From: a virus
Taxonomy: Duplodnaviria > Caudoviricetes
Direction: 5' to 3' (one strand)
IMG/VR virus record: IMGVR_UViG_3300037313_000660
Location: 1 to 39,921 of that record
Length of the DNA stretch: 39,921 nt
The position numbers and the translations under genes are program-made. The notes under the pieces are model-generated. The model was given only the letters and a program-made list of their open reading frames with translations. It did no database searches and was not told where the DNA came from. Shown here in pieces: positions 8,840-18,081 of the stretch (position 1 is the first letter of the stretch; each line of letters opens with the position of its first letter).

Positions 8840-9970
8840 TTAAAGTGTACCTGCAATTCCTTTGAATACTCCGTTTACTTGATACAATCTGTCAGCAGAT
8901 TGGAACATAGTATTAGGGGCTACCCAAAGATCAAAGTGAACGCCTATGATAATATCATAAGATTCAGTTACTGAACTTCCTGAACATGCATTAGGAATAA
9001 CCCTCATGTCATATTTAAGACCAGGTATAGCAGGGTCAGGAATAGTTCCTCTTTCTACAATACCCATTGGCCTTGCAAATCCACCTACATATTCGTTGTA
9101 GTCTGCAAATTGTAGAGTTCCAGGCATGAAAGCAGCGAAACCATCTGCACTTCCAACTGCATCAGTTCCGATGGTGAAGTCAGTGTAATATTTAAAGCCC
9201 GGGTTTTTAGCCATAGCTCCAAAATCATTACCGTTCAGGTTGCAGCAGCCATATTCTAAAGCTCCTATAGCAAGATCTAAAGCACCTTCACCAACAACGA
9301 TAGGCAAACCTGTCATTGTGGTACGTCTCATTTCTTGCTTGAACTTATTGAACCCTGAAAGAACTGGAGCACCTTCTTGTAAACCTGTAGCGTTATTAAC
9401 ACGATACATATTAAATGTATTGATGTCGGAACCGCCTACATACTTTCCGAATTGAAGGTTAAGAGCAGTGTGAAGATCTTTATTGATAGCTTGACGCAAT
9501 GCATCAAAATCCATCATAATTTCCATTACAATCTCAGCCATCAACTGAAGATTATAAGCGTTACCTTCCCAAGCATTAAAAGAAGCTCCTGGAACTGGAG
9601 TTAATTTGCTTGAAGCATCACATAGTTTTCTAATGTCAGATTCTCTAACATTAATTGTATGTTGACGGTATTGGTTTACTGTGAAGGTTTCTTCAAGGTA
9701 AGGTTTAGGAGTACCAGAAGCACAATCTTTGGTAGTTCCTGTATCGTTAATTGTTGCTCTTTGTTTGTGTTTGATACGAACGGTTTTAGGGTGTCCGTTT
9801 TCTGCTCCAACGTTTTGCACAACCGTATTAGGCTGACGGTTCATTGGATCATAAAGAGCTTGTAATAAACCTACTTGAGTGAATAATTCATAAGGAGTGC
9901 CATCTTTTACGATTTCTTCGAGGCCCACCAGTATTGCGGGACATACCGCATTTAATTGGGTGATTGACAT
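8840..9970 (-). CDS. Major capsid protein (putative)
   Basis: 376 aa, directly downstream of a scaffold-like gene and followed by a hairpin. Confidence 0.75.
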   Translation of the reverse strand: MSITQLNAVCPAILVGLEEIVKDGTPYELFTQVGLLQALYDPMNRQPNTVVQNVGAENGHPKTVRIKHKQRATINDTGTTKDCASGTPKPYLEETFTVNQYRQHTINVRESDIRKLCDASSKLTPVPGASFNAWEGNAYNLQLMAEIVMEIMMDFDALRQAINKDLHTALNLQFGKYVGGSDINTFNMYRVNNATGLQEGAPVLSGFNKFKQEMRRTTMTGLPIVVGEGALDLAIGALEYGCCNLNGNDFGAMAKNPGFKYYTDFTIGTDAVGSADGFAAFMPGTLQFADYNEYVGGFARPMGIVERGTIPDPAIPGLKYDMRVIPNACSGSSVTESYDIIIGVHFDLWVAPNTMFQSADRLYQVNGVFKGIAGTL

Positions 9971-10018
9971 TGTGATTTGACGGTAAAAAACGTCAAAGCG
10001 AGTAAATCCAAATAAGTA

Positions 10019-10924
10019 TTAGCCTTGTTGATCCTTTAAGGATTGTTGTAAAAGTCCAGATACTGAATTTGGTCGCTTGGTGGTGTTTGGCTGTCCTGTT
10101 ACAGGGGCCACGAGAGGTTTTATTGTGGTGTTCGGTTGTACTGGAGTACTTACCGCCAAAAATTTGTTTTCGCTCAAAGTTTTTGTAGCGAACTCTGTAA
10201 AGTTAGGAATTTTATTTGAAGAATCAAAATATGGCATGTCTGGATTATCAGCACGAACTATTTTTATTTCGTCTTTTTCATCCAATGCCAAAGTAGCTCC
10301 TTCTTTTTCTAATTTCTTTTGAATGGCAAGAAGTCCAAGTTCGTTTCTCAAATGTTCTGGATAGTTATCACTCCATTTTTGAGAATTTAGAACTGAACTG
10401 ATTCTTGAATTCTTTTTGAAATTATAGATTTCCTGATCTTTAGCCTTTAAAGCATTTTCGTGTTCTTCTTTCTGCTTGTTTAGCTGGCTTCTGAGCTGCT
10501 TTTGTTCTTCGATGAACTTAGCTTCAAGTTCAGGATCTTTATCCTTCTTAGCAGTTGCAGCGTTCTTTTTGGCTTCTTCTAGTCTTGAGTTTAGAATAGC
10601 AGTAAACATATCTTGTTTCTTGCCTGTATTTCTTTCCGCTTTAAGCTGTTCAATTTCGTCTTCAGAGAATCCGAACTTTTCAGCATTAGAAATAATGTTT
10701 TTATCAATTCCATTGTACGCTTGCGCTGTATAATGATTTTTGATAGAAACCTGACCTTTTGCCCACGCTTCCGCTTCCTGGTTGTTCATTAAACTTGACA
10801 AAGCTTCTTCGACTTCATCAGGAACCGGAGTTGTTAAGGCTGCAATCTCTTTTAGATTTGCGTCTGTATGTGGGAATCCTGTTTTCTTAACAAGATTCAA
10901 AATTACTTCTCCTAATCTATTCAT
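10019..10924 (-). CDS. Capsid scaffolding protein (putative)
   Basis: Charged coiled coil with a P/T-rich C-terminal tail, immediately upstream of the capsid gene. Confidence 0.7.
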   Translation of the reverse strand: MNRLGEVILNLVKKTGFPHTDANLKEIAALTTPVPDEVEEALSSLMNNQEAEAWAKGQVSIKNHYTAQAYNGIDKNIISNAEKFGFSEDEIEQLKAERNTGKKQDMFTAILNSRLEEAKKNAATAKKDKDPELEAKFIEEQKQLRSQLNKQKEEHENALKAKDQEIYNFKKNSRISSVLNSQKWSDNYPEHLRNELGLLAIQKKLEKEGATLALDEKDEIKIVRADNPDMPYFDSSNKIPNFTEFATKTLSENKFLAVSTPVQPNTTIKPLVAPVTGQPNTTKRPNSVSGLLQQSLKDQQG

Positions 10925-11225
10925 TTACTACCTCCTCTCTAGGTTTTCTTCCTCTTCTAGTTCTGCCCTCTTCTGCTGCTGGCTCGTCAGAAGTAACTTC
11001 TTCTACTTTTGCTGATTCTTTGATTCCGTAATATTCATTGTATTCTTCTTTAGTAGCATATCTTACTCCTCTCCAATGAATATTTCTTTCCATTTCTGCT
11101 TTTGAAAGCTGATCATTCGCGGTATCCTCTGATACCTCCCTGGTATCATAGGTATACACTCGTTTTTGTGGATCGTGAATTGCGTTCACAACCAAAACGG
11201 TTCCTGGTGTTGGTTTTCTTTTCAT
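10917..11225 (-). CDS. Hypothetical protein with charged, likely disordered C-terminus
   Basis: 102-aa ORF overlapping the scaffold start. Confidence 0.7.
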   Translation of the reverse strand: MKRKPTPGTVLVVNAIHDPQKRVYTYDTREVSEDTANDQLSKAEMERNIHWRGVRYATKEEYNEYYGIKESAKVEEVTSDEPAAEEGRTRRGRKPREEVVNE

Positions 11226-11235
11226 CTTTATTTAT

Positions 11236-11886
11236 TTATCTTAAACTTGAAGCTGTACCATCCTGAGTAATTATGTTCGGATAGACAGCGTATACTTTTA
11301 ATTTTTCTTTTTCTTGAATGTCAGATAGAACGTGATCAATTGAAGCGTAAAGATTTTTTGTTTGATCAAGTAGGGTCTGGACAACTGAACTATCAACTAC
11401 ATAAGCATGAGTTAGCCAGCATCTTTCTGCCTTATAAATTCCTATTCCATCTACCTCTGACACTTTTTCTTTTAATGCTTTCTTTTCTCCTTCGATCACT
11501 CCTTTATCGTAATTCCATTGGCCTAAATAAAGCATGTCATATTCTGGAACTTCTGTATAAACCTTATTAATCACATTTAAGAAATCAGTACAGAAAAGGG
11601 CATCGTCTTCTAGGATTAAAGTTTTCTTCCATCCATTCTTTTTAATCAACTTGTAAATTGTCCGGTGGCTTAAGAAACATCCTTTTTCTCCGTTGTTAAG
11701 TTCTTTCTTAACATCTTGTATATAATATTCTTTGTATTCTTCATTATTCCAGTCAACAGCTCCTCCGTGTATCGCTTCAAATCTTTCAGCAACTATTCCA
11801 AGCGTTGTTAGCCGTTCTTTCATATTCCTGAATCGGTCAGCTCTGTTCTTAGAATTAATCCAGAATATCTTATCAAACATTTTCAT
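11236..11886 (-). CDS. Glycosyltransferase family 25
   Basis: IFWIN....DR, ERFEAI.G, GEKGCFLSH, LILEDDA, THAYVV and IDH motifs. Confidence 0.9.
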   Translation of the reverse strand: MKMFDKIFWINSKNRADRFRNMKERLTTLGIVAERFEAIHGGAVDWNNEEYKEYYIQDVKKELNNGEKGCFLSHRTIYKLIKKNGWKKTLILEDDALFCTDFLNVINKVYTEVPEYDMLYLGQWNYDKGVIEGEKKALKEKVSEVDGIGIYKAERCWLTHAYVVDSSVVQTLLDQTKNLYASIDHVLSDIQEKEKLKVYAVYPNIITQDGTASSLR

Positions 11887-12542
11887 CTTTTCTTCTCTCC
11901 TATATGAAGTATTCTGTGATTGTCTTCTTTGGTTCCTAAATAGGAAAAGTAAAGTCCTGGATTCTTTCTTAGATAGAAATCCTTAAGTTGATACTCTCCA
12001 AAAGGAAATACATCTTGCACCCAATGCTTTTTATATAATGATGGATTAAATGTGAAATGATCTCTGTGGATTACTATATCAGTGCCGGACACGTTTGCGC
12101 TTCTCCATCTTTCGGGTCTGGTTTTCATTAAAGAACCTGCATGTTTTTCGTCATCAAACCACGCTTGTCTAACTAATGCACATTGAACAATAATTGGATT
12201 ATCTAAAACCTTCATTAAAGTTTTGATTTCTACCTTTTCTAAATAGACAAAATCGTTCTCCTGGTGAAATACATAGTCAACATCTTCAGGAATAAGTGAC
12301 CATACTTTTCTTACTGTCTCGTTTACTCCTAAATTAGTTTCGTTAAATACAACCTTATCAACTTTGTGCTTTTTGCAAAGTTTCTTAATTGTTTGTTCGT
12401 CTCTTTCTTCAGGCCAATCATCAATAAGAATTTTAGTCACCTCTGAACCTTCTGGAAAAATTACATTCTCACTAAAGCTTTTTAGGCTTTGAGCTAAATA
12501 ATCGTTCCGTCCGTCATTTATAATTATTACACAGAATTTCAT
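11883..12542 (-). CDS. GT-A fold glycosyltransferase (GT2-like)
   Basis: ILIDD, NLG and YVFHQENDF (DxD-equivalent) motifs; C-terminal HIG. Confidence 0.8.
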   Translation of the reverse strand: MKFCVIIINDGRNDYLAQSLKSFSENVIFPEGSEVTKILIDDWPEERDEQTIKKLCKKHKVDKVVFNETNLGVNETVRKVWSLIPEDVDYVFHQENDFVYLEKVEIKTLMKVLDNPIIVQCALVRQAWFDDEKHAGSLMKTRPERWRSANVSGTDIVIHRDHFTFNPSLYKKHWVQDVFPFGEYQLKDFYLRKNPGLYFSYLGTKEDNHRILHIGEKKR

Positions 12543-13153
12543 TTCTTAAAAATTAGGTTTTCGTAATTCTTATAATGTACCTTCATACCAAACTTTGCAC
12601 AGTATTGAATAAATTTTAAATCACATACCGAATTAGTCTCAACACACAAAAGTTTACATCCAACTTCATTAAGATCTATCTGAGAAAGTATTTCGAAGTC
12701 AAGACCTTCTGCATCTATAGTTATAAAGTCGAATTTCTTATAGGATGATTTTTCAAGAAGAGTTTTAAATGTGATTGCCTTACAAGTTGAATTTGAAAAC
12801 TGATTATTAGATCCTTTCCATCTTTCTAACTCTTCTTTTTTAAGAGTACTTAGTAGTGACGAATCCCCTTTATTTAAATGAGTGCCAGATTCAAAAAACT
12901 CAAACTCCCCTTCTTTATCTGAAATGGCTACATTAAAAACCTTAATACTTTTTCCTTGGTGAACTTCGAATATTTTATTGTATGCTTCCTTGCTAGGCTC
13001 TACCAAAACTCCGTTCCAACCTTGTTGAATTAAAGCGTATGAATTACTTAAAGTAATCCCATCATTACTACCAATATCCAAAACAGTCCCTTTGTAGTCT
13101 CCAAAGAAATCAAGTATTATCTTTTGTTCTCCGTTCTGTGAATAATCTTTCAT
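12539..13153 (-). CDS. FkbM-family SAM methyltransferase (likely start MKDYSQNGEQ at 13153)
   Basis: YSQNGE, LDIGSNDG..LSNS, GVLVEP, FITIDAEGLDFEIL and LCVE motifs. Confidence 0.9.
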   Translation of the reverse strand: MKDYSQNGEQKIILDFFGDYKGTVLDIGSNDGITLSNSYALIQQGWNGVLVEPSKEAYNKIFEVHQGKSIKVFNVAISDKEGEFEFFESGTHLNKGDSSLLSTLKKEELERWKGSNNQFSNSTCKAITFKTLLEKSSYKKFDFITIDAEGLDFEILSQIDLNEVGCKLLCVETNSVCDLKFIQYCAKFGMKVHYKNYENLIFKK

Positions 13154-13154
13154 A

Positions 13155-13826
13155 TTACATTCCCCTACAGCTAAATATGACATTCTCTAAATTGTCCGGA
13201 TAGTATGAAACAAACTTATTAAAGGCATATAGTTTCATTCCTAGTTTACCAGCTATTAAAGAGGCGCATGATTGATCTTGTCTGTGAAATTGAAATCTTG
13301 GATCAGTGCTTTGATTATCATGTAATCTTGAACCTAGAAAGGCTCCATCTTTTGCAGCTTGAATCCATGTTTCTATAAATTGTTTTGCTAACGGATTATC
13401 CACATAGACTCCAAATAACCCAGTTTGACAATCAGGAATAAATTCAGCCTCATCTCTTGTTAATCCGAAATACTCAATGCATTTATCTGAGCAAGATTGG
13501 GCGCAATTATATCCTGACTGCCCTAAGTAATAACCATGATGATTAATGTGATCAAATAAAGGCTCTACAGGATTGATTAACCACATTGAACAATCAGCCC
13601 AGATAATGTGAGTATAGCCAGCTTTTAAAGCCTCTTCAAAGGCAGCAGCTTTCACATTATAAGGGCATGATTTATCATAATTATCGTTAGGCCATTCATT
13701 AGTCCAGGTCATAATATCCCACGGATACCCATGAACATTAAGAGACTTTAATAATCTCTTTTGTCCTTGTGGATACCATCCTCCAAGTGCTGCATTAATA
13801 ATGACCGCTTTATTATTTGAATCCAT
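13155..13826 (-). CDS. GT-A fold nucleotide-sugar transferase
   Basis: K...F.EA...GY.HIIWADC and HRQDQS motifs. Confidence 0.7.
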   Translation of the reverse strand: MDSNNKAVIINAALGGWYPQGQKRLLKSLNVHGYPWDIMTWTNEWPNDNYDKSCPYNVKAAAFEEALKAGYTHIIWADCSMWLINPVEPLFDHINHHGYYLGQSGYNCAQSCSDKCIEYFGLTRDEAEFIPDCQTGLFGVYVDNPLAKQFIETWIQAAKDGAFLGSRLHDNQSTDPRFQFHRQDQSCASLIAGKLGMKLYAFNKFVSYYPDNLENVIFSCRGM

Positions 13827-14437
13827 TATTTAATTCCGTATTTCTTATTATGGTCTTCGTGTTCGTATCTGTAGTAATAAAGAACTCTATCAATGAAGTT
13901 CTCAGACTTGATAAAAGGTTTTAATCTCATACAGTAATCATAATCTTCTCCGTACCTCATATCTTTAAACCCAGCTTTTAAAGCGAGTTCTCTTTTTACT
14001 GGAGTCTTATGATAAATAGTCCTTACATACTTAAACCCGTCCTGATTTTCTCCCCAGTTTGCGTATGAGTTAGAAGCTTTTGCTCTTCCAGTATATCTTC
14101 CCTCTTCAAAACAGTCAATCAAAAACCCTACTGCATCAGCACCCAGGTTATTTAAGATTTGATCCATGTAGTCATCGCTTACTAAATCGTCATCGTCTAT
14201 GAATACCACATAGTCTCCAAGGGCATTTTCTAATAATCTTTGACGTTTGGCACCAATTGAAACTTCTTTATTATCCTTATCGATTAAGATTTCAACTGGC
14301 ATTACTCCAGAATGAATGGCTAATTGAACTAACTTGTCTAACTGAGGATCAAGGATATTTAATAATTGCTGAAGTTTAGCTTCTCTGCCTTCGACAGTTG
14401 GAATCAGAATAGATAAGGCTGTTTTATTTGTAGCCAT
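13826..14437 (-). CDS. Glycosyltransferase family 2
   Basis: LSILIPT, GAKRQ.L...A.GDYVVFIDDDD, GEDYD and LYYY motifs. Confidence 0.9.
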   Translation of the reverse strand: MATNKTALSILIPTVEGREAKLQQLLNILDPQLDKLVQLAIHSGVMPVEILIDKDNKEVSIGAKRQRLLENALGDYVVFIDDDDLVSDDYMDQILNNLGADAVGFLIDCFEEGRYTGRAKASNSYANWGENQDGFKYVRTIYHKTPVKRELALKAGFKDMRYGEDYDYCMRLKPFIKSENFIDRVLYYYRYEHEDHNKKYGIK

Positions 14438-15107
14438 TCGCCCTCCTTGTTATAAAGTTGTTTTCGTCGTGAGTCCAGTACTTATCATTCCTTAAATACA
14501 AGGAATCAAATTGAACTTTTCCACCCCAGGAAGGATGTTGATGTTTAACTATTACTGTTTCTATGAATTTTATTTTCTTAAGTGCTTTTGCAACTTCCGT
14601 GTATTCGTTGTCACAAAAGAAAGATTTATAGGAAGGATGATAGATGTACCCGAAGCGGTTATAATACTTATTGCCAATACACGAAAGCGTACTTATAAAC
14701 CTTTGATCTGATCCATCATGAAACCATAAGCACCCGTCTGTATCTGGATATTCTACTTTCATTGATTCTCTGATTAGATTATCCCATCCTTGCGCCTTGC
14801 ATTCCATATCATCAGAGATCAATAATAAAATATCCCATTTGTCAGCCTTTTCAATATCCCTATTACAAGCTTCAATTTTACTTATTCCGTGTCCTGCGAA
14901 AACTTTGACATTAGGATGAAAATACATAGCGGTTTCGATGACTTCATGAGTCATTGACTTGTCATCTATATCGTAGGAGATTATATATTGAATGGAATCG
15001 TTATCAGATGCCTTGGCAATGTATTCTGATAGAGTTTTGAGAAACAGTTGAGGTCTGCTTCTTGTGGGATATTTAACTAAAATATTGTATTTGTTTTGTG
15101 TTGGCAT
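14424..15107 (-). CDS. Glycosyltransferase (GT2-like)
   Basis: PTRSRP, YDIDD, ACN, LLISDD, FFCDNE and H.HP motifs. Confidence 0.85.
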   Translation of the reverse strand: MPTQNKYNILVKYPTRSRPQLFLKTLSEYIAKASDNDSIQYIISYDIDDKSMTHEVIETAMYFHPNVKVFAGHGISKIEACNRDIEKADKWDILLLISDDMECKAQGWDNLIRESMKVEYPDTDGCLWFHDGSDQRFISTLSCIGNKYYNRFGYIYHPSYKSFFCDNEYTEVAKALKKIKFIETVIVKHQHPSWGGKVQFDSLYLRNDKYWTHDENNFITRRANGYK

Positions 15108-15171
15108 ATTGCCCTAGTATTGGTTATTTTTATTGTAAAATTTTATTAATACAATTGTAAACCCGTGTGGA

Positions 15172-15221
15172 CAAATATACGTGTAAAAGATTGTCTAGAA
15201 TACGCGTTATTGTTATATTTG
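15172..15221. promoter_or_regulatory. Divergent Bacteroidota-type promoters
   Basis: TATATTTG on the minus strand at 15172-15179 faces the GT/capsid operon. TTG(15191-93)-N20-TATATTTG(15214-21) on the plus strand faces the accessory operon. Confidence 0.6.
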
Positions 15222-15247
15222 ATATATAAAGCGTATCAAAAAAATTT

Positions 15248-15406
15248 ATGGAAAACATGGATGCAAAAGAATGCGTGAAAGTACAGTTTACCTTATGTAA
15301 TGAAGCATTACGAAGAGTAAAAGAAAAGCAGGAAGATCATTTTAGGTCAACTGGAATTAAACTATCCAAAAGATTGGCAATCATAAAACTCATACTAGGA
15401 AAATGA
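15248..15406 (+). CDS. Small ribbon-helix-helix-like regulator (52 aa, not in the ORF track)
   Basis: MENMDAKECVKVQFTLCNEALRRVKEKQ...GIKLSKRLAIIKLILGK: alternating beta-strand then two helices; ATGA overlap with 15403. Confidence 0.55.
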   Translation: MENMDAKECVKVQFTLCNEALRRVKEKQEDHFRSTGIKLSKRLAIIKLILGK

Positions 15407-15720
15407 ATACAAACAAAAGTGTTTATATTTTACTATTAATGCTTGCCCTGTTTGGATGCATTAAGAAGGAAAAGCCAGATAGTCCTCAACCTGAGAGAAG
15501 ATATATGGTAGAATTTTATTCAGATTCAGGTCAAAAACTTGAAACATTTTATTGTGATACCTATAGACAGGAAGTTAAGATGTTTGGCTCTATAGAAAAT
15601 TATGTTTTTGAATGTTATGAATGGGAATGGAATCCTTATCACGGCGTATGGAATCATCATTATGATGTTTGGAGACAAAAAGAGAGGCCAATGAAAAATT
15701 GTAAGATTATTAGACAATAG
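15403..15720 (+). CDS. Lipoprotein
   Basis: Signal peptide ending in lipobox LFGC. Confidence 0.7.
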   Translation: MNTNKSVYILLLMLALFGCIKKEKPDSPQPERRYMVEFYSDSGQKLETFYCDTYRQEVKMFGSIENYVFECYEWEWNPYHGVWNHHYDVWRQKERPMKNCKIIRQ

Positions 15721-15740
15721 AATCAAACGAATACGGCTAA

Positions 15741-16094
15741 ATGAATATAGAATCAATTGAGAAAAAGGCTAAGATCCTTGAAAGGATTAAAGACTTAGAT
15801 ATGGTGATCCTAAATTTAGGAAAGATGGCAAATGAGATTGAGTTTAATAATAATAGTAATATTAAAATTAAACTTGAGATTGAAAAGGCCATTACGGAAG
15901 TTAAGGAAGTGGAAGAAAACTATAATATTGGTTTTTTAACCCGGATTATGAATTGGGATCATTTGGATAAGAAATGCAAAAATGAAAATGATGTGCTAGA
16001 GCTTTTTATTTCTGATGTGTTCACTTATGAAATTTTTGCACTAATAATGAAAACAGCACAGATTGAAAGAGAAAGATTACTAAGACAACTATGA
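15741..16094 (+). CDS. Hypothetical protein
   Basis: 117-aa ORF, coupled to the next gene by overlap. Confidence 0.7.
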   Translation: MNIESIEKKAKILERIKDLDMVILNLGKMANEIEFNNNSNIKIKLEIEKAITEVKEVEENYNIGFLTRIMNWDHLDKKCKNENDVLELFISDVFTYEIFALIMKTAQIERERLLRQL

Positions 16095-16276
16095 AACCAA
16101 CAATCATAATTACTCAGATAATAATGTTCGGAGCTGGTGCCTTTTTACTAGGCAACGAACGAGCTACCAGTATAAGTGATATGACTATTGTGTCCTGGAC
16201 TGGATTTATTCTCTGTATAGGAGCCTTATCTTTAGTTTTTATAATGTCATTAATAAGTAAGGTTAAAAAGAAATAG
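16091..16276 (+). CDS. Small 2-TM membrane protein
   Basis: Two hydrophobic segments and a basic tail. Confidence 0.6.
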   Translation: MKPTIIITQIIMFGAGAFLLGNERATSISDMTIVSWTGFILCIGALSLVFIMSLISKVKKK

Positions 16277-16279
16277 TAT

Positions 16280-16732
16280 ATGGAAATAGTTAAGTCTGAC
16301 CATTGCCATATAATTACAATTCCATTAAATGAAATAAGAGAACGATATGCTTATATAGCATACACAGAATTAGAAAATAAAATAATTGAAATGGTTCCTG
16401 ATAAATACAAAGTAATAGAATATATAATAAGAGAAACCCCTATGGGAACTCAAATTTGTATTGCCTGCGAAGAGAAAACAGAGGATGAAATTTATTTAGA
16501 GCAGTTAGAATCATTCATTGATAGACTTGAAGTTTCACATACTATAAACTCCGTTAGTGATAAACGTGAAAGACTTACAAGAGAAGGAAGATGTTTGCAT
16601 TGTGAACAAAAGGTAAAAGACTGGGAAATTCCTTCTGGATCTTTTGGGCCTGAAATGAGGGCTACTCTAACTAAGGCTGGTATTGATCCATATTCGGGGC
16701 ATGCATTAAGTTGTAAATATAAATCTTTATGA
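16280..16732 (+). CDS. Hypothetical protein with possible Zn-binding C-terminus
   Basis: CLHC...GHALSC motif. Confidence 0.65.
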   Translation: MEIVKSDHCHIITIPLNEIRERYAYIAYTELENKIIEMVPDKYKVIEYIIRETPMGTQICIACEEKTEDEIYLEQLESFIDRLEVSHTINSVSDKRERLTREGRCLHCEQKVKDWEIPSGSFGPEMRATLTKAGIDPYSGHALSCKYKSL

Positions 16733-17094
16733 TCCTAACCATACTCCTACTAATAATTTCCGCTGCTACATTCTCAGTAATGTATACTTTATTGTTTCAT
16801 TTTAAAGTATCAATATTTAAGAATTTAGATGAGAATTATTGGTATCCTACAGTTAGTAGTAAGAGAAAATACAAGCCAGGAACAGAAGAACCTAAATTTT
16901 GGGGGAGTACGACAATCTTTGCTTGGACTTCTGATTGGTTTCACAGATTCCAATTAGTAGCTCTTAACTCGCTTATTCTGTCTATTGCTATTAACATAGA
17001 ATCTTATCCTTGGTATTTAAACTTCATTGGATTAAGACTTATTTATGGAATAGTTTGGTGGATATTGTTTGAAAATTTATTAATTAAGAAATAG
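16729..17094 (+). CDS. Phage membrane protein
   Basis: About three hydrophobic segments and FWGSTTIFAWTSDWFH motif. Confidence 0.7.
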   Translation: MILTILLLIISAATFSVMYTLLFHFKVSIFKNLDENYWYPTVSSKRKYKPGTEEPKFWGSTTIFAWTSDWFHRFQLVALNSLILSIAINIESYPWYLNFIGLRLIYGIVWWILFENLLIKK

Positions 17095-17095
17095 T

Positions 17096-17503
17096 ATGAA
17101 CAGAAAACAGAAATTTTGGCTAATTGTAGTAGTAGCATATACTTTAATAACTACTTATTTTGCATATCCTTTATTTATAGAGTTCCCATCTGAGTGCGGA
17201 ACAGTAATTGATAAAAAGCAACCTGATGCAGTTAACTTAGGAAGGAACTCAGGAAGGCTGTATGTTGACAATATATTAGTTGTGAATTATAATGGTAAGA
17301 TCCAGTCAGTATCAGTTGATGACAATACATTTTATTCGTACAATAAAGGACAAATAGTTTGTTTTGATAGGTCATATTATAACTATCATCCAACTAAGGC
17401 AACAATAGGATCAATACTTCTTTTTATATATGGCATTGCGGCTGTATTTATTATAATATTTGGAATAGCTGATCTTTATACAACATTTATTAATAATAAA
17501 TAA
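17096..17503 (+). CDS. Membrane protein (TM, small beta domain, TM)
   Basis: Terminal TM helices flanking G.VIDK...Y....GQ.V. Confidence 0.7.
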   Translation: MNRKQKFWLIVVVAYTLITTYFAYPLFIEFPSECGTVIDKKQPDAVNLGRNSGRLYVDNILVVNYNGKIQSVSVDDNTFYSYNKGQIVCFDRSYYNYHPTKATIGSILLFIYGIAAVFIIIFGIADLYTTFINNK

Positions 17504-17529
17504 TGTTAAAATAAACAGTAGAATAAAGT

Positions 17530-17718
17530 ATGGAGTTAAACTTAAAAATATTCTGGTTCAGATTTACGACATATACCTTTACTTTTAGGTGGTATAATTC
17601 AAAAGGATTTCATATTAAACTCTTCAAATCATATAAAGATCTTTTATTTGGATACCGCAATAAACTTCATAAAAACTGTTGGTATTTTAAATATGTGATT
17701 ATAGAAAAACTAAAATGA
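17530..17718 (+). CDS. Hypothetical protein
   Basis: 62-aa aromatic/basic ORF, co-oriented. Confidence 0.4.
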   Translation: MELNLKIFWFRFTTYTFTFRWYNSKGFHIKLFKSYKDLLFGYRNKLHKNCWYFKYVIIEKLK

Positions 17719-17845
17719 TAAATATTTAACTCGACCTGTAATTTTTTTTCATGAATTTTATGGGTAATTATTTAAATAACAAATAAGGTTCGATTCCCCT
17801 ATTGATTGTTGAAAGTTTTCTCTTTAATCTCTATTATGATATTTG

Positions 17846-17853
17846 TATATTTG
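17846..17853 (+). promoter_or_regulatory. Bacteroidota -7 promoter element upstream of the HTH/RAMP operon
   Basis: TATATTTG ends 23 nt before ATG 17877; no clean -33 TTTG seen. Confidence 0.45.
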
Positions 17854-17876
17854 TGTACTATAAAACAATAAAGAAC

Positions 17877-18059
17877 ATGAACACTGAAAGGCCGATACCA
17901 ATTACAGAAATATACAGTGGTGATAAAAAATTAATGTCACGAACAGCCTTATATAATCTAAAAGAAAAAGGCGTAATTAAGTTTTATTATTTAGGCAACA
18001 AGCCTTTTGTATACATGAGTGAAATTAATGCTGCAATGACACTCAAAGAGAATATTTAA
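17877..18059 (+). CDS. Small excisionase/MerR-like winged-HTH DNA-binding protein (start corrected to ATG 17877)
   Basis: MSRTALYNLKEKGVIKFYYLGNKPFVYMSEI matches the HTH_17-like S..T.Y.....G.I.....G pattern. Confidence 0.7.
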   Translation: MNTERPIPITEIYSGDKKLMSRTALYNLKEKGVIKFYYLGNKPFVYMSEINAAMTLKENI

Positions 18060-18081
18060 TTAAAACAAAAAAAATAAGCAT

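Noticed and set aside
17802-17876. N-terminal extension of the HTH ORF from the TTG at 17802
   Set aside because: It overlaps the putative promoter element; ATG 17877 gives a typical 60-aa HTH protein.
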